From: Laetmonice hystrix
Taxonomy: Eukaryota
Assembly (NCBI GenBank): GCA_965235115.1
Contig: OZ249449.1
Location: 5,146,001 to 5,210,000, forward strand
DNA: 64,000 nt
Reading direction: 5' to 3'
In this document: positions 11,355 to 24,014 of the stretch, one piece after another
Position numbering within the stretch: the first letter of the stretch is position 1
How the letters are laid out: every line of letters starts with the position of its first letter
Notes under the pieces: model-generated
The model's input: only the letters and a program-made list of their open reading frames with translations
What the model was told of the DNA's origin: nothing
Databases searched by the model: none
Made by a program: the position numbers and the translations under genes

Positions 11355-12485
11355 CTGCAGGCACCAACCACCAAGTTGAGTGTTTAAAACAACTGAAGCT
11401 GCCAATATTTTGGTTTTGTCGTTCTGAATCCTCTTGAAGCATCGTAAGATGACAATCCAAAGTTTTTTTGTCTGATACTACCCCTTCTCGACAGCCAAGC
11501 ATGATATATTTCTCCACAAATGTTGCTTCTTTCAGTCGTGAACTATAGTCGGGTATATTCCTACAAACAGCAGAATAACTCTTGAGGGAGTCCTGAATTA
11601 GCTGCCTAGGCCTATAATAATCTGCTCTAAATTATCAATAAGTTTGTTTTATTTTCGCTTTTAAAATATATAAGATACTTATATTCATCTAGGTAAACTT
11701 AACATATATATCATGTCTCTAATAGAGACGTAAAACTACGCAATTAACTTTGGTTTGATTTTTTTCTTAAGTCCCTCGTATAATTGAGAAGGCTTAAGAT
11801 AAGAATTTCAGACTTTGTCTTAAGTCAACTAGAAACATTTTTTCCGTTACTATCTGCTCCTTTGTCAAAGGAAACGGCTGTATGTGTCAGGGCAAGGTCA
11901 TGCTTGGCCAAAGCTTGGCAAGTGAACATCAGGGGCTGTCTCAAAAAATCCCACCTCCTAATGTCCTTAAATGAATCAACATAATGGTGGAATGGTAAAT
12001 GAAGCCGATGTTCAATTTGGAATGTCAGGAGAACAAACCTGTAACATCTCCAAATCTAAATATCAGAGTGTGAAACGCTTGCCAGACAGGTGGGCCCCCT
12101 AGCGGGAAGTGTATGCACTACTCACAGGGCAGGAGCCATGGATACTACAGCGATGTAGGGCCAAGTCAAAGGCGTCTATGTCTAGCTGAAACCATAGCAA
12201 CTACGCCATCAAGCCAAATATGATCTAAACGGATATTTTTACTAATGCCGTCAGCCACTCAGCTTCAGGCTGAACTTTAAAAGAGATTCATTTAATTTGT
12301 CCATGCTGAGTGATGTTTAAAAGTTGTGGAAAGGTTTCTAATATGAACAGGTTGTCCTGGGTTTGGTGTCAGGTGCCTGCAGTGTCAAGCCTACAGGTGG
12401 CGCTGCACGTCTGGTCAGTGCACGACAACACGTTGGATAGGGAGTAGTAGGAAGCGCCCCTGGTGGCGGTCGGGGAAACACTCAC

Positions 12486-12632
12486 CGACTGGTGTGCTTC
12501 CATGGTCTCATGACGGGTCATTGGGGTGAGAGTCGGGTACCCGCCCTTCGGGGAGACGCTGAAGTTGGTGACCGCACCCCCGATAGCGTCACTCACGACA
12601 CCCTCCAGGAACTTTGCGTCTACACTCTGAGA
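12486..12632 (-). CDS. C2CD2L: C2CD2L-like exon 5 (end of SMP domain)
   Basis: ttccag|SQSVDAKFLEGVVSDAIGGAVTNFSVSPKGGYPTLTPMTRHETMEAHQS|gtgagt; 147 nt, phase 0-0. Confidence 0.85.
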
Positions 12633-12701
12633 CTGGAAAGAAAGTCACTAAAACATAAGTTATTGGTTTGTATTCCTTGAGTTAAAGGTAGCAGCAACCA
12701 G

Positions 12702-12839
12702 GGCCCGGTTTCAGAAAGGTTAGCATGATCTTAACTTTAGCTCTGCTTAGCCTTTTAGCAGAGGACCAGCCAATCAGGGGTCCTAAAAGGCTAAGCAGAG
12801 CTTAAGTTAAGATCATGCTAACCTTTTTGAAACCGGGCC
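12702..12839. mobile_element. 138-bp near-perfect hairpin MITE (Harbinger-like)
   Basis: About 60-bp TIR GGCCCGGTTTCA(G/A)AAAGGTTAGCATGATCTTAAC...; flanks CAG/CGG; central CCAATCAG. Confidence 0.75.
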
Positions 12840-14983
12840 CGGGACCTCAACTCAGAAACCCTATGACATATTCGTCTCCTTTTGGAATATGAGGGATTCA
12901 TTTGTGCTTTCAAAGACACTCAAGGTCATACAATGATGTAAAAACAAAATAGAAAATGCTAACCTATTTTAGGTGGGGTACACCCCCTCCCCAGTGTGGG
13001 GAGGTACACCCCCCCCCTCCCCAGTGTGGGGGGGGGTGTACCTGTTTCAATATGACCATGGGGAGCTGATAAAAGGTGAATCCGATCCTCAACAGCGGAT
13101 TCCGTCTAACGGAAACAATGCGCATTTACTCACATGGAACTACAGGTACTTTTCATTCGCACCAGTTACTTTGGTGTGAAATAACCCTTAAAACCCTTTA
13201 AAATCATTTTGAAAATAAATACACATTCCCTCAACAGAAATCTGGTTGAAGTCGCTGAGTTACTTGTAATATAATAGAAATAGAGAAATCTAATAGACAC
13301 ATTGACTAGTTAATAAAATGGCAGTAAACCTACGATACTATTGTTACGTCTACACACATCAAGTAAAATACCTTAATATGTACACACGGAATACAACAGT
13401 AGGGTTACTGAAAGTTAATTATCTTTAACCCTAATCAAATTCTCAATGAGAAAACCATTCACATCACGGATAGAAGTAATCCGATGTAAATCAACAGATC
13501 TATATTCAAATCGTAAAGTCTACATAAAATCTATGCGTGAAAGTCTAATTCTGCCATCATGCTTCCTGATCAATAACCACACAAGACACTATTTTATGAT
13601 AGTTTTGCTGTTAGTTATTAATTTTTTTATAGCATAACAACCAATATATTGAACACCATCGACTCCATTTTACATTAATTAATTCTTATTAACGTGACAA
13701 TTTATAGCCCTCATACCGTAGAGGACAAAACTATGAATTTAATCATTTCCAGTTACCTCGATGATAAAAAAAGAACATGACTTAGGGGCGCCACTGTCTA
13801 TTTCAAAGTGGGGGCGGGTAACCTAGGTGTGTTTGCCCCCCCCCCCCCAGATCGAGATAGGCCTAATTTCCAGGCGCCTTTGACCTTTTTAGGCCACCAG
13901 CAAAAACGTGAGGGGGGCATGTCCCCCCCCCCACGCCCCCCGCAGAGGCGCGTCTGCATGTACAAATATTTTTGAAGTCGTTTTCAGTTTGGAATCAAAG
14001 GCCCCCAAGCACGACACTCAATCCCACTTATCTATGTCATTATAATTATGTAAACACAATTCGTTTGACCTCCTGCGGAACAAAACACAACCATCTAACA
14101 CAGCAGATGGAAACATGTGAAAAATACATATCATCTACCACAACAGCGAAGTCTCGCTTAGCTGTACCAAACAAAAGCTAGAGTTGAGATCGACAGAATT
14201 TTCAACAACAAAACACCCAAAACAATTAGAGAATTATGTCTATTCTAAACTCTTCGATGTTTTTCGTTTCAGTTGGGCAGTCGCCATCTAACATGCCTTG
14301 TTTTGAGATCATCCACAACACACGGACACTTACCCAGAATCCTGATCTCTACAAAACGATAAATATCCTTTGGTAAGGAACTAATAATCTCAAAATATCT
14401 TTGGTAAAGTACCACCTAGATGACAAGGTAACGCTTGTAATATAGCTACAGGTTTAGGAAAGTTACCAACTGTTGTCCACGGACCGGAAGATAAACACAA
14501 ATCAAGACTCCAAAGAATCCACAACACATAAAAAGGGATGATGGCTACACAGTCTACTTTCTTGTATCCAAGCTTGGAGACTGGCAGATTTGTAGCATTA
14601 CTTGAGGCGCAGTCACACTACACCCTACAGTTATACAGACTCAGAAATCGTTAGAGGCGTTTCAAAGAAACTGAATTAGCATTAGTTCTTCTCTCTCTAA
14701 GCTCGTATTTCTGAATCTTATCTGGCAAAGTTTGCATTTTTTTATCCTTAACATTTTTTGGGAACTCTGGGGTACAGGGCAGGAATATTTTTTGGGAGGT
14801 CCAGGTATGGGGCAGGAATACGGATACATTTTTTGGGAGGTCCGGGGACTGGGACCATGGGTTAGGACTAAGTTTTGGGCCAGGAATAGTGCTAGATCTT
14901 TAGTTGTCACCACCAGTTCTCCTGGAGGTGTTACCGTGTGAGGTCTAACACCATCAGACCTCCGATGACCTCAGTGATCTTAC

Positions 14984-15085
14984 CTCAAAGTTCCTAGGTT
15001 TGATGTTAAACTTGAGTTCTGGCTTGGACGCGAAGGACGTGCTCACGTCAATCTGGTCACTGTTGTACTGCGAAAATACCTTCAG
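14984..15085 (-). CDS. C2CD2L: C2CD2L-like exon 4 (SMP domain)
   Basis: ttttcag|LKVFSQYNSDQIDVSTSFASKPELKFNIKPRNFE|gtaaga; 102 nt, phase 0-0. Confidence 0.88.
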
Positions 15086-17714
15086 CTGAAAAAAAACAAC
15101 AAACGCCAGGTAAAAACCATCCACATCACAGTATCTCTCACATAATTTAACATTGATTTAACTTAATCGTTTGACAATTAATTTGACCAAATGAGAAAAC
15201 CAGGGCTAGGTGTTCAATGGTTATTACCAGAGTAATATTGCGTTGTTGTAGCATCAGAAACAGTTATTACTTCGTTTGAATCAGTGCCTGTTTGAGACAT
15301 GAGGTAATCTTTTTGTATCATGTCGATATATCACAAGAGAATTATGGTCTATGTACTATCTTATCTAGATATCAAACGTTGCAATATTTAACCATTTTCT
15401 AGATGAGAACCTTGCATGCACATGTAATAATTGGCAACCTGCATTTGTTTGAACAGGCAAATGTTACTGAACAGGAGAATCGGATACGCTCAGACAGATA
15501 CACAATATATATTATTAATCTTAGACGCTACAATATCAGCCAGGATACGGAGACATTATACACTACCACACTGATAGTAAGAGAAAGACCTGGTAAGTAT
15601 TCTATGTGTGTGTCACTCCATCATGTGAGGCCAAACTACCGCCTCCCCCCACAACGAAACCACAGAATAACATAAAAATATCATCGCACGCTTCTCAGGA
15701 AGCTGGATTTGTTCGTAACATTTTCCGCTCACTATCATCACACGACATTTGGTTCTCTGATTTTTTTTGTTTTCCTAATAAGATGAAGCCACATAATCCC
15801 CCCTCCCCCAACGAAACCACATGCGGAACAACATAAACATGTCATTGGACGCTTTTTAGAAAGCAGAATTTTTGCACAACAATTTCCGACTGGTTTCTGA
15901 GGTTTCTTCTATTATAATAAACATTTATGAAAAATCTCCCGACTTTCCAGAAACTCTTGATAATTCTGAGACGTGTATGAGACACATTCTTCCTTTTTCA
16001 TTTGTTGGTCAGAGACACTCTTGAGTTGGCCTATGGCCGACTCAAGCCATCTTCCATCATTTTTCCATGTGCCTCAAAATATCAATGGTCATCATATTTT
16101 TTCAATCCCTTTCTAATGAACTCCTACAAAGCAAAGTATGATATTTAGAACAGCAAACTTTTACTGATTTGTAACGATAGATATTAGTGTTCCCCCTACC
16201 AGGAGATCTCGCGAGAAGTGGCCAAACCAGAGAGTGTATTTATACAGTGACTACGTGTGAAAAGGCCAGCTGCCTACAACCAGTCGCCATGTGTGAGTTG
16301 GACTATCATAGCCGAGGGAAAATGTGATAACTAAATCGTGACTATGAGCTGGAAACAAACAAGGTTTCACTGTTCAGCGAGTGTACTCTCGCAAGTGTTA
16401 GCAGAGCTTTCTACTCTTATCATGTCAGAAACCTTTCTCTCGAACTCTTTTTCTCTGAAGGTGAAATTTCCAACTCTTTGCACGACGTGTATCTGAGAGT
16501 TTATGAGGCAATTTGATACGCTCACATTCATTAGAGTTTATAAAACAATTCTTATATTCAGCCTTCATATTCAGCCTGTCACTAAATTAAATTTCGAACA
16601 AAACAAGAGACACATGTACTTGGGTTACATCCATACAACAGATGCTACACGAGCGTGTTGGGAATCGGTTGCACATATTGTTAGCAATCTCTATATTAAA
16701 ACGAATAACGATGCCAACTTTGTTTTTTACAATAACCAAGGATATTTTTCTTAGCGAGAAAACAGCACGGTGACAAGAACATATGGATTTCAATTTCAAA
16801 TATTTATCACTGAGAGGTTTAGAGAAAAAACACATAACACCCCTACTACACTTCTCCTAATGTGACGAAGAAGAAAGGACACAGGAGAGCAAATATTTGT
16901 TGGGCATGGACTTCTGCCAGTCGGTATCTATGTAGGTGTCAGATGGTAACCTTGGTTACCATGGCAACATTATAACCCATCCTAGAGTAACGTGATCTCT
17001 GTGGTGTTAGTGCCAGTGTCCATGCATGCCGTTACCATGGTAACAACAACGTAACAACGTATGTGTCTAGCATGCATGGTGAAATACGCACCTCACTGTT
17101 CAGCTGCCATTGGTAACCAAATGCAAGACAACGTTAACATTTAACATCCAATACAATCATTAACATGCAAGAGTGGAACAATCAATGACAGTCAGTACTC
17201 GAGGGTCAAAACATTCATATCTGGGTAAAAGCGCTGGCAATGCATGCGATTCAAAAGACGTGCCAACTTGAATTTCTTTTTATTTATTAGTAACATAACG
17301 TTGCCAATAATATGCTTGGGGGGTTCTGACCCAGACTAGTAAAGGTAGGTCGTTTCAAGTATTTGTTTACAGGGTAATTATAAATGAACAACAGGGTGTT
17401 TTAACTACGTCATCAAAATCCTAATCAATATTTTAGGAGGAGTTTCCGGGTACTTGAAGGACATATCTCCCGCACAGATCTTCAAGGTCATCTCGGTCTC
17501 GGATCTGACATTGACAAATGGTTGGCTCAGCAACAATACAGGTAGCTAGGGAACCGTGTGCTGGTGCTTGGTAACGGGTGCCAGTGCTGACTGCAGCCAG
17601 GTGTCCAGTGAAGAAATGAGAAGGAAGGTTGAAAAAAGGGTAGATCTCCATGATAACAGATCCACGTAATTTGGCGGTAAGAGCTTTACAATATATCACT
17701 CTTCATGGCCTCAA

Positions 17715-18145
17715 ACTAATCATAACCCCTAGTCCTCTCAAAAAACATATATTTATCCCTAGCGCTGCCCCAAACCCGAACCTCTAGTCCTAGTCCCCAG
17801 ACCTCCCCAAAACTTATCTTTATCCCTAGCCCTGCCCCTTACCGTAACCTCTAGTCCTAGTCCCCAAACCTCCCAAAACATATCTTTATCCCTAGCCCTG
17901 CCCCAAACCCGAACCTCTAGTCCCAGTCCCCAGACCTCCCAAAAACATATCTTTATCCCTAGCCCTGCCCCAAACCCGAACCTCTAGTCCCAGTCCCCAG
18001 ACCTCCCAAAAACATATCTTTATCCCTAGCCCTGCCCCTTACCGTAACCTCCAGTACCGGTCCCTAAACCTCCCAGAAAACGTATCCCTATCCCTGCCCC
18101 TAACCCTGGCCCTTACCCCCATCTTTGGGGAATGTTACCATGAGG
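17715..18145 (+). mobile_element. Dominant-family element with 5-6 core repeats
   Basis: About 65-bp units and end GGGAATGTTACCATGAGGGAATA. Boundaries approximate. Confidence 0.75.
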
Positions 18146-18795
18146 GAATATTTAAAAAAAAAGGGCAGGGCGACCAATAGAAAGCAGTGAAAAGGATGTA
18201 ACGGTAACGGACTGATTAAACCTGTCGGTTGTTTGTGTTTTTATTCCGTCAATGATGGATTTAAATTTATTTTATGATTTTTTTTGTGGATTAACATTGT
18301 GCTTCCGAATCTGCATCTATAGAGAACCTTTCAGTTTGAGAATGAAGATCGAGTAAGAATCAGTTGCCCCTAGTAACCGCATCATTGAAACGCAAATCTC
18401 ATTAAAATATCAACATCACTGTGACGTCTGTTGAGCCAATATTTGCTGCTGCTTTTATTGAAAGTAGTTTTTATTGTATCATCACAGCACTGCCTTTAAA
18501 AAACACACTCCAAACCGATGTCAGCGGGCTGGAGATAGACACTGCAATACGTGCTGGTGGAAAATGGTCTATATCTCAAGTCCTTCCCTCTCACACACAG
18601 GGCGTGTCTGTGGGAGGGAAAGGGCGGGGAGGGGGGGCGGGGGCTCTGACCAGATGCCACAGCTACGGCTGACAAAATGATAAGCAGAAACAGCCAAAAA
18701 GCCCCCCCCCCCCCAAAAAAAAAAAAACAAAGGAGAAAAAAAAAACCAAAAAAAAACAAAAAAACAAACAGAGAAAAGGACGATGGAGTGGATAC

Positions 18796-19025
18796 GTTTT
18801 AATGTGGCCTGTTCTACGATAGGATGTGACAGTATAAACTATATATTTATGATGATCACCATACAAAGCAGTCATGGCTGGGCCATACAGCTCATACTCT
18901 AGCCGAGAGAGAGGTTTTAATGTGGCCTGTTCTACGATAGGATGTTACAGTATAAACTATATGATGATCACTACACAAAGCCGTCATGGCTGGGCCATAC
19001 AGCTCATACTCTAGCCGAGAGAGAC
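18796..19025 (+). repeat. About 118-bp direct duplication
   Basis: TTTTAATGTGGCCTGTTCTACGATAGGATG...CTCTAGCCGAGAGAG appears twice. Confidence 0.85.
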
Positions 19026-20682
19026 TACAGGCTGCAAACCCTATTCCCCATTGGTAATAAGTGAAAAGATGTGACAATGTATTTGCACTATTTATACTGT
19101 TATGATTAAATGAATCACTGGATCTGTACAAAATTATGTAACATAGGGCAGGGACCTGCATTTGTGACGGCAATTAGTCGAGCAGGACTCCCTGGGTAAA
19201 TATGATCAATAAAAAAAAAAAAAAAAAAACCACGCCTTGTGCCCCAACCTATTGTAAAAAAACTGCTCTGTCGTACACAGAGATGAGGTGACGATGTTTT
19301 CTACTGAGAACTCTGTGTAGCAGAGCATGCCAAGTGGGGGAATGCGGAAGGGGTAATTCTAAGGTAATTTTGGTCTGTTTGGTAAAATTTAGGCCGGGGT
19401 CACGTGACCAGCTGAGGGTGTTCTTTTGATTATTTCTGGAGGTGTGTGTGTGTTTGGGGGGGGGGGGGGTATTTATGTGGCCCCAAGTCCCCGCCTGGGA
19501 TATGATCAAACGTTCCTGATCATAATAATGTTGGCGTTGTAATTCACCCCACGCTAATCCACAAATCTCACCAGACCTAACCCCCATCGCCGCACCCCAA
19601 CCCCTCAAACCACCGGAGTCTCATGTAATATCATAAATCTACCCCACCCTAAGGGTATATATCTGACCTGATATCCATGGGTAACCATGGCAACACATTT
19701 AATCTAATTGACAATCCAGACAGGCAGGTACTGCCCCTGTACATCTTGGCCTCATGACCTAACACTACAGTCAGCTCGAACACAGACCAGGGAGAAGGGA
19801 GAGAAAAAAACTGCTTTACCTCCGTCTGAAAATAAACTTGGCGACTTACGAACACTGCTGGCCTTTTCCCAACAACCCCCATTCCCCAGCCTCCTGTTTC
19901 CATGACAACGGACACAGAATGTGCTGTGGACATAGGCCACGTACTGTACGTGTGTGTGTGAATTGCTTTCACCACCAAGGTGCGTTCCTTATGGTAACAA
20001 GGACACGGAATCTGGTGGGATCAAAGAACTAAAATCCTCTGAGCAATAGCATGAACGTAACTCTACCCCATACCTTGGGTCCACATAACTCCCAAAAAGA
20101 TTATTCCATACCAAGGTTTCCTGTAACCATAACCTGAACCCTGATATTTTATGGGGCGTTACCATGGGGATGTACCCTCCAGGTCCAATACATCATACCT
20201 AAAGGGGGCTTGTCATTATATATACCTCCAACCTTTCAGGCTACACCGGCCTTACCCATTCTCTTACAACATCGGCACTGCAGTCTGATCTAATGCCATT
20301 AAGTCATTAATAAATTATAACATATCTTAGCACGGTGTATGATGATATATGCCTCTTTCTTGTGTTTGTCGCCATTTGAGGGAGGTTACTTTACAGCGAG
20401 CCGATATGTAAGATACCTCAGCTGTGGCGGCTCCTAATGCATTGTGGGAGAAATAGCTGGCGTCTGACTCATGTCTCACGGCTAGTACCGGTAGATTGTG
20501 TTCGTAAGATTAGCATTTCAGTGATTTCGGCGTTCCAAACGTATCCTTATCCCTGCCCCTAACCGTAACTCTCAACCGCGGTCCCCGGACCTCCCCAAAA
20601 AATCCCTACCCCTGCTCCTAACTGTAACTCCCAACCTCGACCCCCAGACCTCCCAAAAAATCCCTATCCCTGATCCTGACGG

Positions 20683-20880
20683 ACTGTTTCCACTAAGGCG
20701 TTTTTCAATGCGACGTCCATATTTTAAAATGGTTGAATTTCACTCTGTATTTTTTCCTAGCTGACCTTCCCTGTTTCTGGAAATGGGTTCCATCCTTTAA
20801 TCTCAAAATCATAGTAAAATAAAAGGGTGATGTCAAAATCACATGGATGTCACAAGGACAATCGCCTTAGTGGAAACAGT
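20683..20880. mobile_element. 198-bp MITE
   Basis: Perfect 18-bp TIR ACTGTTTCCACTAAGGCG / CGCCTTAGTGGAAACAGT; TSD not resolved. Confidence 0.7.
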
Positions 20881-21689
20881 TGTTTTAATGTTGGAATTAC
20901 GGTACCATGGGCGAATAAAGATAATGATAAGGAATGAATGGAATTATGAATAAGTTATTTTATAGCATTGTTTGTTTTCTTGTAGGACAAGAAGGGCACA
21001 GCAGGGGTTTGAAACAAACGAGATGAAATCATGAGAAAGTCAAACAGTGGGAGAAACACAAACAGAACGGTCCGAGATATTCTGTCAATATTTAATCTCT
21101 AAATTCATGAAACTCCTCTCAAACTACCATGCCGAGCGTCTCGGCAATCTATAGAGGATTTAATTGTTCCATCAGCAGAGGTGCCGGGGCGATATTTTCG
21201 TTAAGGGGGGGGGCGAAAATTGCAGATAGAAAAATGGATTTACTAATGGCATACATTATCACTAGCCTGAATGGCGCCAACATTTATTGTTGTTATTTCT
21301 GATTTTTTTTCCAGGTGGGAAAGCGCAATCATATCTTGCGCCCTGAGGTATAAAAAGTTGAGAGGCACCCCCTGCTCCACTTTACATCACAAAACATCCT
21401 GTGACTCAGTTCACAGTCAGATCTCATCGATTGCAGGCAGAGTGTGAGGTACTGACTGACCACCTCATGCTGGCAGTCCGCCAAACTCTCCCTCCCCGCA
21501 CTCACCAGCTGAACTCACTGCCACAGGTTTTCACTGCCTGAGTACATATTTAATGTTTGATTTTCTACTATAACTACCCTACATCCCACCCCCAACGTCA
21601 GTCAATGTATTGAGTATTTGGCCAGCGTCATCGTGACAGTAGCAGCAGTAGTAGGATGAGCAGTAAAAGTAGACGAGGTGGTGGTGCTG

Positions 21690-21777
21690 GTAGTAGTAGT
21701 AGTAGTAGTAGTAGAAGTAGTAGTACATGTAGTGGCAAGAGTAGTAGTATTCACAGAACTTAGCATTAGTAGTAGCC

Positions 21778-21824
<47 letters not shown>

Positions 21825-21828
21825 ATAG
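21690..21828 (+). repeat. (GTA)n microsatellite
   Basis: Interrupted GTA runs; source of the poly-T and poly-V ORFs. Confidence 0.95.
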
Positions 21829-21993
21829 TACAAAAAAAGTATAGTGGCAGCAGTTGTCTATGTGTAATGTGTATTGAACTATGAACGTATAGAATGTGAA
21901 ATGAAATGTAAACCGGAATCATTGTAATCGACGTGGGTTTGATCGTTTCAGCCATGTTTACAGATAATAAAGACTGAGGTAAGTTGAGCTTAC

Positions 21994-22113
21994 GTTTCCG
22001 TTGAGCTTGTGGATTGTGACGTCATGGTTTGTGACCTTGATGTTAGAGCCACTCTGCTGTACGGTCGACACCAGGAAGGCAAGATCTGCCAGCTCCACCG
22101 CCGAGACGACCGT
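21994..22113 (-). CDS. C2CD2L: C2CD2L-like exon 3 (SMP domain)
   Basis: tttcag|TVVSAVELADLAFLVSTVQQSGSNIKVTNHDVTIHKLNGN|gtaagc; 120 nt, phase 0-0. Confidence 0.88.
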
Positions 22114-22141
22114 CTGAAACAGGACAAATTATGTAATTATG

Positions 22142-22501
22142 CATAGGCGTAGGAACCGGGGGGGCACGGGGGGGCACGGGGGGCCAGCCCCCCCCCCCAA
22201 TATCAAAAGTGGGGGGGGGGGGCTGGAGTGTGTTTCAGCCCCCCAACATTTGGATGCTTTCTTGATCGAGGTGGGTTTCATGCCGATTTTCTATGTATCA
22301 CGCAGAAAAATGATGGAATTTTGTTGATAGATTTGAGAGATTTTTGCTCCGAGATGCTCAGAAAACGCGTATCCGGCATTCCTGAAAAAAAAAATTTGGG
22401 GGGAGGGCCCCCAGACCCCCCTCCAGGGCCCGCTTCGGTGGCCATGGATTATCCCCCCAATCTTCAGCCCCCCCAACCAAAAAGAGCTTCCTACGCCTAT
22501 G
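22142..22501. mobile_element. MITE with 5-bp TSD (hAT5-like)
   Basis: TIR CATAGGCGTAGGAA / TTCCTACGCCTATG; TTATG duplicated on both sides. Confidence 0.85.
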
Positions 22502-24014
22502 TTATGGCAACGTTCCCCCCAAAATCGGTGTAAGGGGTCTAACCAGTTACCTGAATCCCAGTATTTTAAAAAGTCTGTTACAATCTTTTTTGTCTTTACA
22601 CTTATTCCTTGAGCAGTAGCAACTTCTGCGATCTCCAGAAGCTAACTTCCTTTATGACATAAAGTCATCTTGTGACGAATATAATCTCCGGCCAATTATG
22701 GGATCATTGCCTTTAGTGGCAAACTATTACTCACAGAAAGTTTCCACTGATGGTAAAAGCAATCAGCTTTACGGTCGACGCCATGTCACTGCCACATTGT
22801 GGGACTTTACGGAATTAAATGGGGGCGACGGCTCCTAAGTGCATCATTGGATGTTGTGGGGCAAATTGCGAGTCAAATTGATAAATTGGGGAAATAGCTG
22901 CACGGTTATTCCCCTACGGTACCAGTATAAAATGTGAGGTTAGTGGTTAGGGTTAGGGGCAGGGATACGGATATGGATATAGATAACTTTTTAGGGAGGT
23001 CTGGGGTTAGGTTTGGGGCTAGAAATAGTGATATTTTTAGATCTCACCATCTCTGTAAGAACACAACTCTGATGTTAACTGACCATTACGCCCCCCCCCC
23101 CCCCCCCAACTCCTGCTTAATGCTACACTATCAATGTCATTAGCCGACTTTGGAAACATCTGCCCACATTTCGTTGATGGTGGCTATTCACATGAAGTTA
23201 ATACAAGAAACTTAACTCCCATGTTTTCCGGCTACTAGAAGTATCCCCTCCAAGGGCTCCCCACTTTACATCATGACCAACGACTTCCCCATCACGTATT
23301 TTAGTCTTCCTCTTTGGATATCATTTGCCTGAAATGGAATGCTTTCCCGTTTGGTACTGTAACCACACTCAAATCTAAGAGACTTCATAAAGAGAGGCTC
23401 GCGTTCGTATCCCGTTGAGGAGCGCTGAGGAGGAAGCTTATCAAGCCTGTCATTTTATGTACAGACTACTCAGGTTACTTCATGTTGGTAGAGGATGGGT
23501 AATTTCCTGACGGAATCCCTCCAAGATACCGTACTTAAATGTGTATGACCAAGCTTCCATGATCTACTGTGGCCCATAAGGTTATTAATTGAAAACATCC
23601 ACACTCATGGTCTGTGTCTTTTCTCGAATCTCTGGATCTAATATTACATGTGTGCGTTAAAGGAGTATTGCATTACTTGTATCAGACATGCATGCCACTA
23701 AAATTGACTTAAGTGTTTTAGTGATGCTGTTAATGAAGTTATGATTCGATACTTTTTCCAGAGCTCTACAGTTCTTATTTTAAAGAACGGAGGTTAAGAG
23801 ATTTCTTTCAGAAGAAGAAATCTGTTCTCTCGTAGAATATCATAAAACATGGTAAAATTTGCGCTTTTGGGCAACCGTACATGAGTGCTGCGAAATATCG
23901 CCGGCAGCTGGTCGTCAAACATGTCCATTACAGCATGTTGTTAGCTGTACCATATGGCAGCGCTCGATAGCCAGGACCAGGGGCTCTGTTACATATCACC
24001 CTACCGCCAACCAC

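Noticed and set aside
17433-17699. Exon-like minus-strand stretch between exons 3 and 4
   Set aside because: Exons 3 and 4 already join into a continuous SMP sequence (HKLNGN-LKVF), and no clean acceptor/donor pair exists here.
21602-21955. Poly-Thr and poly-Val ORFs
   Set aside because: Products of the (GTA)n microsatellite.
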